64,000 nucleotides of DNA from Vicugna vicugna (taxonomy: Eukaryota). How positions within the stretch are numbered: position 1 is the first letter of the stretch; the number at the start of each line of letters is the position of its first letter. This document shows positions 53,100 through 64,000 of this stretch, piece after piece. Made by a program: the position numbers and the translations under genes. Where the stretch lies: NCBI GenBank assembly GCA_013265495.1, contig MU058718.1, positions 1,054,001 to 1,118,000 of the forward strand, given 5' to 3'. The notes under the pieces were generated by a model. That model was not told the DNA's origin, searched no databases, and saw only the letters and a list, made by a program, of their open reading frames with translations.

Positions 53100-54750
53100 A
53101 ATTAGTAACTTATTGATCTGATTGAGTTGGGAGATGGGTTACAAATAGGGGGTTAATCAAATAAGTAAAATATATTGAGAATTATTAAAGAGTTATGAAT
53201 ATAAAGAGGAGGAAAGCTAGGTTGAATCCTGTAATGTTGGATTGGAATTGGAAGTACAGGCATGAACTCATTATTATTAATATATAGACCTAAACATAGA
53301 TATATAGATGCAAATCTATGTATACGTTGCGATAATATAAATAGACAACTAAATTTAGATGTAAGTCTATGGTGTGTGGGTGAGAGTATGTATGTATATA
53401 TACATATATTTATTAGCTGTGTCTACTGAATGGTCCTGGGAGCAGCAACACCCCAACAACAAGGGATACATGTTGGACCTAGACCTTGGCTTTTCAATAC
53501 CATTTCCATTAAAAGCAGCCACGTCTCTTTGAGTAAATGTTCGATTACTGATGTGGCAGAAGTAAAAGAGGAGCCTAGAACCTTTTTTGACGTAAGAAAG
53601 TAAAGAATGTTCAAGAAATAGTGGAACATATAGAAAGGACATGGAAGCCAGCTTGAAAGGGTTCTCACTGGCCAACTCTGGGACAATTTAAGTATCAAAA
53701 TAAAAATAATAATGGATTGTAACCCATTAAGTAAAACATGAATCTACACATTGCACTGATGAGTATTGAATACATGGATAGGGAGAAGAGACAATTCCTT
53801 CAGTAGAATGGCAGCTAATAAATGTAGAAGGAATGACAGAATTAGAAAAACACCACTTGGTAACTATTATACTAATAATTCAGGCGAGAAACATCAGTGG
53901 GTGTTCGAACGAGTAGATAAAAATTTAACGAGAGATAGGATATTTTCCTAGAGTATCTCCCCACAAAATAATTTTTAATTATGAAAGGAAAAAGAATAAC
54001 TTAACAGTGGAGAATCCTGGCAAAGACTACCTTAGTTAAGTAATCAAAGTTAATAATACCAGTAATGAGACAATTTAAATTATTTACTGCCCAATAGGAT
54101 GCAACAAGATAGACATTTTTGTGATATCTTCCTGCCAAAAATCATAACCTGAATCTAATCATGAAGAAATATGGGAGGAAACCCATACTGAGGGATGGTC
54201 TACAGAATAACTGGCCTATAGTCTTCTAAAATACCAAGATCATGTAAGTCAAGGAACAGCTGAAAAATAGTCTCTATATTAATGATAATTAAATACCATG
54301 TATGATCTTAGATTTTATATTTTTGCTCTAAAGCAGTGGTTCTGAAAGTGTGATCTCAGGACCAGAGCTTCAGCACCACCTGGGAACTTAATTAGAAATA
54401 CAAAACTTTGGACCCTATGCCAAACCCACTGAATCAGAAACCCTTGGTTTGGAACCCAATAATCTGTGTTTAATGAGACCTTCCATTGATTCTGATGCAT
54501 ACTAAAGTTTGAGATTCATTGCTGTAAAGCAGATTATTGGGGCAATTGTTAAAACTGTAGAGTAGATGGAGGTAATATATCTGTGTTAATTTCCTGCTTT
54601 TCATGTTATTGTTTGTAGGTTATACATACTAAAGTATTCAAGGGTACTGAGAAATTTTATCTGTAACTTACTCTTATATGGTTCAAGAATATAAAGTTCT
54701 TTATTATATATGTGCAACTTTTCTGTATTTTAAATTCCAAAATTAAGAAA
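53100..54750 (+). mobile_element. Old L1MC-type 3' region, interrupted by MER5A
   Basis: AAGAATAACTTAACAGTGGAGAATCCTGGCAAAGACTACCTTA; CCTGCCAAAAATCATAACCTGAATCTAATCATGAAGAAA; TCTGTAACTTACTCTTATATGGTTCAAG. Confidence 0.75.
54334..54521. mobile_element. MER5A hAT MITE with 8-bp TSD
   Basis: CAGTGGTTCTGAAAGTGTG...AAGTTTGAGATTCATTG; TSD CTCTAAAG (54326-54333) / CTGTAAAG (54522-54529). Confidence 0.85.
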
Positions 54751-56169
54751 ATAGGAGGGGCTAAGCTGCATATTTATCATATTAGGAAAAAAAGTCTGAC
54801 TCATATTCATTCCAACTGCTTTTATGTAATCAAATGTGGGACTAAATACAAAGGATATATATTCCATTACATGTATGGTTAAATCTGCTATGGAAAATAG
54901 TTTGCTCTCCCAAGAACCATCTGTGTTTATTTTCAGGTTGAACCAACCCTAAGGTTGCTAACATTCTTTAAAACCATGTTGATGAATGACACAATCTCTG
55001 AATCACATCAAAGCCAATATGGTTTCTTTGGGGATTCCATATCAGTGGAAAAACATTTCTGCTGAATAGCATCTGCCTATCCATATGTATAAAGAGTCAG
55101 CACATGAAACTGAAAAATAATTGTTTTTAAATAATTGGCTAGATGACATACACAGCCCCTCTTTCTCAACTGCATTACTAATTGCCTGAATATGATCCAT
55201 GATCTGATTTTTCTTTCCCTTGCTGTAGATTCTTTGCAAGACTTTCCATTGTACACAACCAAAGTACAGCAGGAGCAAAATATAGCCTGAGACAAGTACG
55301 TATGTTGGATTAGATTCAAGTATGCAGGGTTTTATCTAGAAGGAAAAATCCTTTTAGAGTTAGAAAGGAAGTGAATCAGGCCCATGGACCTTGGCTATCT
55401 GACCAATACACAAACATTGGTGGTTGGTGGTTGTTTTTCTACTTTTGGTTGTCTACTTTGAAGCCATTGTACAACATCCAAATCCCCAGCTCCATTCTTC
55501 CTGGTATTTTGGTGGTTATGCATTTGTTCTGAGACTGTGAATGGAGAGTTCTCTTCCAACTAAAAAGTGTTCCTTCCCCAGCCATAATCCTTCAGCAGAA
55601 CTGGATCTGATCAGTTATGTCACAAATGAAGAAGACTACATTTGTTTTAACAGAGTTTATTTAGAACATCCTGCTGCTAATGTCAGCACACAGATTGGGC
55701 AAGTTCCACCAAAATAACTTTCAGACTATTTGTACTCAATTAAATGTTTATTTAAAATTTCCTTTTGGTTTTTACTGCTGTAAATGTATTGTTCATTTTT
55801 CACATACCAGGCACTGTTGTTTAGTCTCAAGGGCATTACTTGTTACAAATTTAACAACTGTGACATATTAAAAACAACATTTAGGAAAGAAATTAGGGTT
55901 GAGAGGATGTGACCAGATGTTTCCGTGGTGTTTCGCCAAAATGTCACTTAAATGCCAACAAGATTTTAAAAGGAATTTTTTCCCAAAGTCTCCCTACCCA
56001 CTTGACTGACACACCAAAAATGTTGCTATCATAGTTCTATTAGGAAATCCATTTAATTTTCTTTTAAGTCATAGTTTAATTGAGGATGCTTAAAGTCCTT
56101 TCAGTCATTTTTTTTCTTTTATAACTTCACTATGGCAAAAAAAATAATTGTGGATATGCTACATACTAC

Positions 56170-56310
56170 CTTTGTGTCCCAAATTTTCTTATGACTAAAA
56201 TAGGGCTGCTGGTACCTACCTCCTGTGATGGTTATGGGAATTAAATGAGATAATGTATGTGACACTCTTAGCCCAGTACCTGGGGTACAGAAAAATGACA
56301 TATTAAATAC
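56170..56310. mobile_element. MIR SINE
   Basis: TACCTACCTCCTGTGATGGTTATGGGAATTAAATGAGATAATGTATGTGACACTCTTAGCCCAGTACCTGG. Confidence 0.75.
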
Positions 56311-57824
56311 TATTTTGATTACAAACAGTGCTAATTATTGATATAAGCAAAACCTTCCGGCAAGTGCCCTGGTGCTATATTTCTTTAAAAGAAAGGCCAC
56401 CTCTCTTGCAAGTCTCTCTTAAGTTTCAGTCTTTTGTTGAAATTGTCAAGTCACACTAGGAAAAAGAGCCCATCAAGAGGCAACTTCAAAAGAAAGTCAT
56501 TATTATTTTTAGATAAATCTGCTGGTAATTAGATTAGACCTCTCTGGGCTGATTTCTAAATTCAAGAGCATTTAGAGAAGAAGCCAGCAGGTAAATAAAA
56601 TAGAACAAAGAGACTATATGCACCCAAAACAGATGACTCTAGGTTTGCTCTCCTTCTGTGGAAATTCTGTTGATGTCAGAGGGTTAATAGAGCTTTTTAA
56701 CAGTAGAATGGGGCCCTGGAGTTTTCTTGATTTGATCCACATTCAAAAATATACAAAAATATAAAAGTCAGTGAAGCAAATGCTGTACAACAGAGGTTTT
56801 TCAGGGAAAAAGGATAAGCTTGATCCAAAAATATTTTGGAGGGTGGAGACATTCCAAGCATACCATTCCATGACTATGCCAATGGAATGTGGGCACAGCA
56901 CAGGAACAATGTCCAAGGCTGGAGAGCTTTAGAGGACCAAGGAAATTCTGAGTGAAAAACACAAAGCAGTGAAGAACATCACCCTCTGCCCCCAACCAAA
57001 TTTCCCTCTTTACAGGTTGAATTGGGAATTTTTAGTGAATTTTAGGTCCATGAACTATGGATTCCAAAATTTGGTGCCAGATAATTATAGCTGCATTTTG
57101 CAAATGTATAGGTATACACTGGTCTCTCGCTCTCTCTCACCAACCCCCCCAACACACATACACACACACATTGAATTGAAAGTAGAAATTGAGCAAATTC
57201 CAATTATTACATTTAAATCCCAAACTGGAAATGACGTTTTGTCTCTTTCCATTGTCTTTGACTCTAGGTGGGTAAAGCTGCCATAATGAAAATTTACTAA
57301 TTAAAAAAGTATATATGTGGACTGCTTTTCCATGTTAATCATGAAAAGGGAGTAATTTCTAGAAATGGAGGAACATATCCATCCCTGTTCTCAAATTCCC
57401 TGAATAAAGTTTATTTGCATATTGTAATAGTTGCTAGTTTTTCCTCATCAGTGTTTGTGATTCTTCAAGAAATGGAAGATTTTAATTTTGAAACACCTCC
57501 ATCATTGCCAAGAACTATATTGGCCCATGATTTGTGGATACAGTTGTGTCTGTTTGCAGTTTATCTTCGTTCTCCTTCATAGATCCACTGTCTCATTTGC
57601 GCAGTTTATGTCCAACAGGGACTGAAGATTTTTCAATAAAAAGTTCAGTCAAATGTCTTTCAAAAAATGCTTTGCAGACTGTTTTACTGCAGAGGCATTC
57701 CCTCTTTTTTGGTTGGTTGGTTTTTTTGGTGTTTTTGATCTGATAATCTATTTAACTGAAGAAGAGCAATTCAGTTTATGGCAAAGAACCATTCAGGAGG
57801 TTGCCTGGAGGTAGGATGATGACT

Positions 57825-58005
57825 CAGTGTTTCTCAAAGATGGGGTGCAGCTCTCACCTCTATCAGAATTCCCTGGGGAACTTTTAAAACTTCAAATTCC
57901 TAGGCCCCACTCCAGCCCTACTGAGTCCAGACCTCTGCGGGGTGAGGACTGGGGTGCTGCATATTTAATGAGCTTTGCAAGTGATTCTTACACATCTTCA
58001 AATGT
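57825..58005. mobile_element. MER5-like MITE
   Basis: CAGTGTTTCTCAAAG...ATCAGAATTCCCTGGGGAACTTTTAAAA...CCTAGGCCCCACTCCAGCCCTACTGAGTC. Confidence 0.75.
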
Positions 58006-58257
58006 AGGGGTCTCTTCAAGGTGGAAATTAGTGGTTGTGTCATAAAAGCCAGCAGTGCCTTCTGCCCTGGCACTTTTCTAGCTTTGAATAGAGGGTCAGT
58101 GGTGCATTGCCTTTGAAAAAATTCCAGTTTGAACCAAAGAGCAAATAATTTTCCCTTTTCTCAGTGTTTTCTCCTAGCTCCATTTTCCTCCATGGGCTCA
58201 ATTGTCCAGCCTTCTTTACAGAGAATAGCATTTGGAGTTGAGCAGATCCCAAAACAT

Positions 58258-58738
58258 TGTTAGTAATTCTGGTGAATATAATTCTTGTCTCCCGCAGGAA
58301 AGAATTCAAGAGCAAGCCATAGTAAAGTGAAAGTAGATTTATTCAGGGAGACACGCACTCCATGAATGTAAGTTCATGAGGCAGCCCCGAGGTGAAGCAG
58401 TCCCAAGGTGTGGGGTTGTTAGTTTTTATGGGCTGGGCAATTTCATATGCTAACAAGTGGGAGGATTATTCCAACTATTTGGGGAGGGGGTGGGGATTTC
58501 TAGGAATTTGGCCACTGCCCACTTTTTGGCCTTTTATGGTCAGGTTGGGAACTGTCATGGTGTCTGTGGGTGTATCATTTACCATGCTGATATATTATGG
58601 AGTGAGCCTATAATGAGGTTCAGGGTCTACTGGGAGTCGAATTTTCCATCATCTTGGTTGTAACCAGTTTATGTCCTGTCCTCAATTGCTGTGTCATTCT
58701 TTTAATGGTTGTGCCCTGCCCTCTCTCCTCTTGTCTCA
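58258..58738 (-). mobile_element. ERV1-like solo LTR (481 bp)
   Basis: Minus strand begins TGAGACAAGAGGAG and ends ...TACTAACA (TG...CA); TATA-like CATAAAAA (58430-58423); AATAAA (58343-58338); 4-bp flanks ACAT/TCAT consistent with a TSD with one mismatch. Confidence 0.75.
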
Positions 58739-58904
58739 TCATTATTTTTGGACCTTGTTTTGTTCCTAATGCCTCTGCATTGTTGATCAGTGACTGTAGT
58801 CTGCATTTTCAAAGGCGAGAAAAGGGACATTACTAGCAGCTGAGTTACCTGACAATTACCAGGTATGAAGTAGATCAGAGTTTCTGACAGCACTCTTTAA
58901 TGGG

Positions 58905-59083
58905 CAGTGGTTCTTGACCTTGTGTTCACATTAGAACTTCCTGGGAAGGTTTAAAACTCCCAGTACCTGGGCCACACCCCTGACCAGTGAATGTTATCAG
59001 AACCTCTGAGGTAGGACCCAGGCACCACTGCTTCATTAAGTTTCCCTAGTGATTCCAGGGTGCGCCTTAGGCCAAGAACCACG
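58905..59083. mobile_element. MER5A-like MITE (second copy at 59967-60145 through the duplication)
   Basis: CAGTGGTTCTTGACC...TTAGAACTTCCTGGGAAGGTTTAAAA...AAGAACCACG. Confidence 0.8.
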
Positions 59084-59400
59084 GTTCTGAGTACATCTGC
59101 AGAAAGTGCACTAGGGCCTTTAGAACACCTGAGGGTGAGCATCAGTATTTTTCTTTATAGATGGAACTTTTCCTACTTGTGGTACACTCTAAAAGGAGGA
59201 GAAAGTTGAGGATATATTTCTTACAGAAATTTGTTACTGAGAGAGAATTTTAAGGTTTCTTTAGAGTGTTCAACCACCATTACAGGAGACCCAGTACATA
59301 TATGCATAGTGTTACCCACAGTATGTACCACCTATGAAACTTCCCTACACCAACCCTTCACTTTGTCTATTTCAAGATAGTCTATGAAATATATCAGTTA

Positions 59401-59800
59401 TTATTCAGGGAGACACGCACTCCATGAATGTAAGTTCATGAGGCAGCCCCGAGGTGAAGCAGTCCCAAGGTGTGGGGTTGTTAGTTTTTATGGGCTGGGC
59501 AATTTCATATGCTAACAAGTGGGAGGATTATTCCAACTATTTGGGGTGGGGGTGGGGATTTCTAGGAATTTGGCCACTGCCCACTTTTTGGCCTTTTATG
59601 GTCAGGTTGGGAACTGTCATGGTGTCTGTGGGTGTATCATTTACCATGCTGATATATTATGGAGTGAGCCTATAATGAGGTTCAGGGTCTACTGGGAGTC
59701 GAATTTTCCATCATCTTGGTTGTAACCAGTTTATGTCCTGTCCTCAATTGCTGTGTCATTCTTTTAATGGTTGTGCCCTGCCCTCTCTCCTCTTGTCTCA
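59401..59800 (-). mobile_element. Truncated duplicate of the ERV1-like LTR lacking its 3' end
   Basis: Copy of 58339-58738; the AATAAA position reads AATAAT across the junction. Confidence 0.75.
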
Positions 59801-61619
59801 TCATTATTTTTGGACCTTGTTTTGTTCCTAATGCCTCTGCATTGTTGATCAGTGACTGTAGTCTGCATTTTCAAAGGCGAGAAAAGGGACATTACTAGCA
59901 GCTGAGTTACCTGACAATTACCAGGTATGAAGTAGATCAGAGTTTCTGACAGCACTCTTTAATGGGCAGTGGTTCTTGACCTTGTGTTCACATTAGAACT
60001 TCCTGGGAAGGTTTAAAACTCCCAGTACCTGGGCCACACCCCTGACCAGTGAATGTTATCAGAACCTCTGAGGTAGGACCCAGGCACCACTGCTTCATTA
60101 AGTTTCCCTAGTGATTCCAGGGTGCGCCTTAGGCCAAGAACCACGGTTCTGAGTACATCTGCAGAAAGTGCACTAGGGCCTTTAGAACACCTGAGGGTGA
60201 GCATCAGTATTTTTCTTTATAGATGGAACTTTTCCTACTTGTGGTACACTCTAAAAGGAGGAGAAAGTTGAGGATATATTTCTTACAGAAATTTGTTACT
60301 GAGAGAGAATTTTAAGGTTTCTTTAGAGTGTTCAACCACCATTACAGGAGACCCAGTACATATATGCATAGTGTTACCCACAGTATGTACCACCTATGAA
60401 ACTTCCCTACACCAACCCTTCACTTTGTCTATTTCAAGATAGTCTATGAAATATATCAGTTTTCGGCTCTTTACTGTCTTCTCAAGAGCCAGTAACAGAT
60501 CTCCAGTGAGCTGAAACAGGGAAAGTTGTTTTAAACCATTGACTGCTTAATAAATTAGCACTGGACGGCTCTTAGCCTAATTTATCTCTGAAAGCCAGTT
60601 TCCCAGGGTATCAGAGCAATACCACAAGAAAAATTATTTCCATTAAACACCACAAAAATGTCTTTCCTGTGATACTTCACTGAAAGGGTGACATGTACGA
60701 GATTCTCAGTCACAAAACAGGAAAGAAATGTTTGAAAGTTAAATTAAAAAGTAAAGCACAGTTAAGATTTTATTGAGCTTAAACCTCATTCCTTCCCCCT
60801 AAACATATAAATCTGTTCTGTGTTCTGTGTCTCCCACTCAGATGGGTGATAAATTTTGGACGCTGAATTCTTATGTCTCTAAAAATAACGTTTACCTAAA
60901 GTGAAGTGCAACATCTGGGTCTACTGGGGGAGCATGAAGTGGCCTTTCAGGTTAATTATTTGTGTGGCCAGGTTAGGTTTCTCAAACCTGAAAATAATAC
61001 TAGTTTTGTTTCTCTTGGCTCCTTCCCACCACAGGTAAAAAGTCCTGTCGCAGTGACTTTCCCATAGACCTGCTCCTTCATGCAGAATGTTGCCATCAAT
61101 GCCCCAACGTTGTGGAATGGAATATTTTCCTTCCCTGAGCTGAAAAAATCTCCTGTGCGTGGAGGCCTCTTGGTTATTTGATTTGAAATAGATTGAAGAG
61201 TCCCCCCCATTGCTGTCATAGTGAATGTCATGAGAACGGATCCTTCTCAAAGGAGTGTCTGCCCCATCAAAGGGCATGTCTGCTTGTCTCCTCCAGAAAG
61301 TGGATTGAGATGGTCTGTTTGCATATTTAGACACTGCCTGAGTAGGAAAGGTAACAAGGCTGGCATTAGATTGATCATAATAAGAACTCTTCATACCCTC
61401 TTCTAACACTTAAGTCCATATTCCAAAACAGGCTAATACCATGGAAAAAGAAGCCTTATGAAGGAATGTGGTGAGAGCAACCAGCTGTCCAGGGTGATCC
61501 TGGGAAATAATGGTCTTTTTTTTTATGGATAACATCACAATCTTGAAATAAATTTTTAAAAATCTCTAGATCTTTGTATAAATTTGAGTCCAAATATTAT
61601 TATCCATATAAATTTTTCC

Positions 61620-62350
61620 AGGCACTAACTCAAGACCTGGGAGTTATCTTTTCATTTTTCCTCTTTCCCTACCAAATTCTGTTTGTCGTTTCTTCTCTTT
61701 TCCATTTTTTTGGCCACTACCTTACTTCAAGTCTTACTGCTTCATTTTGGTCTGCTGTAAAAGGCTTCTACCTCATCCCCAAACCTTTAGCCTTTCAAAA
61801 TTAAAGGCCGTTCTACACACCACCACCAGAGCAAGCTTCTTGAATTATTGCTTTGCTTAAATCACTTCTCTATTTAAACTTTTGTGATGATTCTCCCATT
61901 GACTACTGAATAAAATCATGGCAATTTATCCTGGTGTTCGAGGCCTTTTAAAGTTTGGTTCCAAATTATACTTTCCATGTTTGAGCCAAATGAAACCTCC
62001 ACACCTCTTCATTTCTTAACTTCATCTTGTCCTTTCTTTCTTCTGACTTAATCACTCCCTACATCTCAACTGTTACTTCTCCTCATCTGTCCTTGATGAA
62101 ATCTTGCTTTTCCTCCAAAACTCAGCTCAGAAGCTCCCTCTGTCTTTCATAGAGCCTTTTCTGGCCACTTTACTCAGAAGTTTTCTTTGCTTCTCTGTCC
62201 TTAAATATTTGATTAGGGCTACTCTCAGGGCCCACAACAGGCATTGTCTTGTACTATAGTTATTTGGGTATGTAGTTTAGCTTTCTCATTGGGTTTCAAT
62301 TTATGGAAGGCATAAACATGCCTTGTACATGTTGGGTGATGAATGAGTAA
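61620..62350 (+). mobile_element. Decayed L2 fragment
   Basis: CAAGACCTGGGAGTTATCTTTTC; CTACACACCACCACCAGAGCAAGCTT; TCTCCCATTGACTACTGAATAAAATC; terminal GATGAATGAGTAAATG. Confidence 0.6.
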
Positions 62351-63204
62351 ATGTAAGAGTAAATACTACTTCTTTCCCTCCCTAATCCTTAAGTAGAAAA
62401 AGTATGGTGGGAGAAATCTCTAATACATCTAATTTGAAGGCAGTCATTGGCCTAAGGATGTAGATTAATGGTGAGGAGACCTGAATTCAGATCAGTTTCC
62501 AAGGACCATCTATGTGTTCACAGGCTTATCTGAATGAATGGATCCTTCCAGGTCTTTGGAATTTCAGGGATGGGAGAGGGCAGAGGCATGGGCCTGTAAG
62601 TCATAAAATAAGTGTTTTAAAAAAATATAACCAGAGATTACATAACTCTTTGAAAATTTGAGGTTCAAAGCTGACAAGGATGTGGTGCAGGTGGCCTAGG
62701 AGCTGCTGAGTGGGTTCACCTTTGGTGTACTTTCTCTGGAAACCTGGCTGAAAGACTTGGGCACATCATGAGTTTACAGGCTGAAAGGCAAAAGACACTT
62801 AAAAAAATTACTTCAAAGGATTAAAATGGTGCAACAAATTCCCAGTCCTGGTCAGCCTGTCTGCACGACAAAATGGCTTAATACATGGGAATAGTAGGCC
62901 ATTGAAAACTAATTTCTCTTTACTCAAATTGTTTTTGCAAGCTGAGATTCTGGATAAATGTGAGCCATCATATTTTGTACATAACAATTATACATAATAG
63001 CAGTGTTAATCTGGCCCTCTGTTTCTCTTACTTGCCACAGTGTTATGTCTGTGTTAGCATTAACACAGTGAAGAAATCATTCAAACAGTGAATGTGAAGG
63101 TGAATTAACTGGATAATTCTGGACCCCAAGTTTGTCCCTTTCTTAATAGCAGGTATTGAGATCTGAACTTATCAGTAATTACCTGTGTTATCTCTTAATT
63201 TCAC

Positions 63205-63350
63205 TGAGGTAGCCTCAGTTTTTTAATTTATAACACGAGAGGAATAGTAATTTTAACTATCTCATGTGATCATAATGAGGGTTAAATTACAAATGTGAAA
63301 AGTGTATTTAGAAAGTACTTTGTACTTTCTGAAGCACTGTCCACATGTTT
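63205..63350. mobile_element. MIR SINE
   Basis: GCCTCAGTTTTTTAATTTATAACACGAGAGGAATAGTAA...ATGAGGGTTAAA...AAAGTACTTTGTA. Confidence 0.55.
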
Positions 63351-63454
63351 GCATGTTATAGGTATGTATGTGTTATTCAGATAAGGCAGTTGATTACTCT
63401 GGCCTGTGTTTAATCCTTTGTGCCATGCTCCTCCTCAGACCATTTTAAGTGTGA

Positions 63455-63525
63455 ATGGATAGACAGACAGACAGATAGCTAGATAGATAAATCAATGGAT
63501 GTATATATGTATGTATACACATATA
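63455..63525. repeat. Degenerate (GACA/GATA)n plus (TA/TG) low-complexity tract
   Basis: GATAGACAGACAGACAGATAGCTAGATAGATA...GTATATATGTATGTATACAC. Confidence 0.7.
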
Positions 63526-63899
63526 TTCTGTTTTAAATATACATAATTTAATTAACAATTATATTTAATCAGGTAATAACTTAGAAGTGAATCCAAACTA
63601 GATTAGATTGAATGGGTTTTAAAAATACAGTTTGTGTGGTTTAAAACATAATTTTAGATTCTTTCAATGCTTTACAAAATGTCCTCCAAGGCAGTGCTGT
63701 CTAAATGTTCATGATCCATGCTGGTGCATAAACCATTTGTTACCAGTAGCAATGACCATAAGCATATAGCCTAGTTCACTACTTTTTTTCTCTCTAAAAG
63801 TTTCCTGGTTTCTATTCTGGCACAAGCTCTTTAAGTTCTCATGAACTGGCAAATAATAGTACTGTCAGCTGTAGTAGCTCTGCTCTAATGGCAGTTTAC

Positions 63900-64000
63900 T
63901 ATTTGTTCATTCATTCGACAAGCATTTATTGAGCACCATATTAGTTAAGGTAGTGATAAAGCTGTGACAAATAAGTCCTAAACTTAGTTTCATAAAAACC
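63900..64000 (-). mobile_element. L2 3' end (runs off the window)
   Basis: TTCATTCATTCGACAAGCATTTATTGAGCACC. Confidence 0.7.

Larger units (their letters stand above)
58339..60461. repeat. Tandem duplication, period 1,062 bp (58339-59399 and 59401-60461)
   Basis: Identical ORF sets offset by exactly 1062; by eye only one substitution (A58485 vs T59547); one extra base at junction position 59400. Confidence 0.98.

Noticed and set aside
58339..60461. Duplication read as the two LTRs of a provirus
   Set aside because: The repeat unit includes non-LTR flank and a MER5A, the copies are adjacent, and there is no gag/pol or primer-binding site
63048..63068. Hairpin CTGTGTTA-GCAT-TAACACAG
   Set aside because: An 8-bp stem is expected by chance in 64 kb, and it does not extend

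Overview
This is AT-rich, CpG-depleted mammalian (eutherian) intronic or intergenic DNA. I recognise no protein-coding gene, RNA gene or CRISPR array. Most long ORFs in the track are decayed LINE-1 ORF2 pieces or their antisense frames. The window is dominated by transposons. These include one apparently full-length decayed L1 (about 26.26-34.08 kb, minus strand) with a younger L1 nested inside it, a twin-primed inverted L1 (16.0-17.3 kb), two further 5'-truncated young L1s, older L1M and L2 fragments, MIRs, MaLR LTRs, MER5-type hAT MITEs and an ERV1-like solo LTR. I saw no Alu, B1/B2, BovB/Bov-tA, PRE-1 or SINEC copies. Together with the style of the young L1 3'UTR, this suggests a laurasiatherian, possibly a camelid (inference only). 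The most notable unexplained structures are: (i) a near-perfect 1,062-bp tandem duplication whose breakpoint cuts through the LTR poly(A) signal; (ii) a chain of well-formed minus-strand candidate exons at 21.5-23.4 kb; (iii) a minus-strand terminal-exon-like segment at 60.8-61.3 kb (acceptor, 138 open codons, poly(A) signal); and (iv) an AT-only palindromic patchwork at 47.8 kb. I found no convincing novel biological system. Repeat family names are recalled from consensus sequences, not from a database search, and boundaries of old repeats are approximate.
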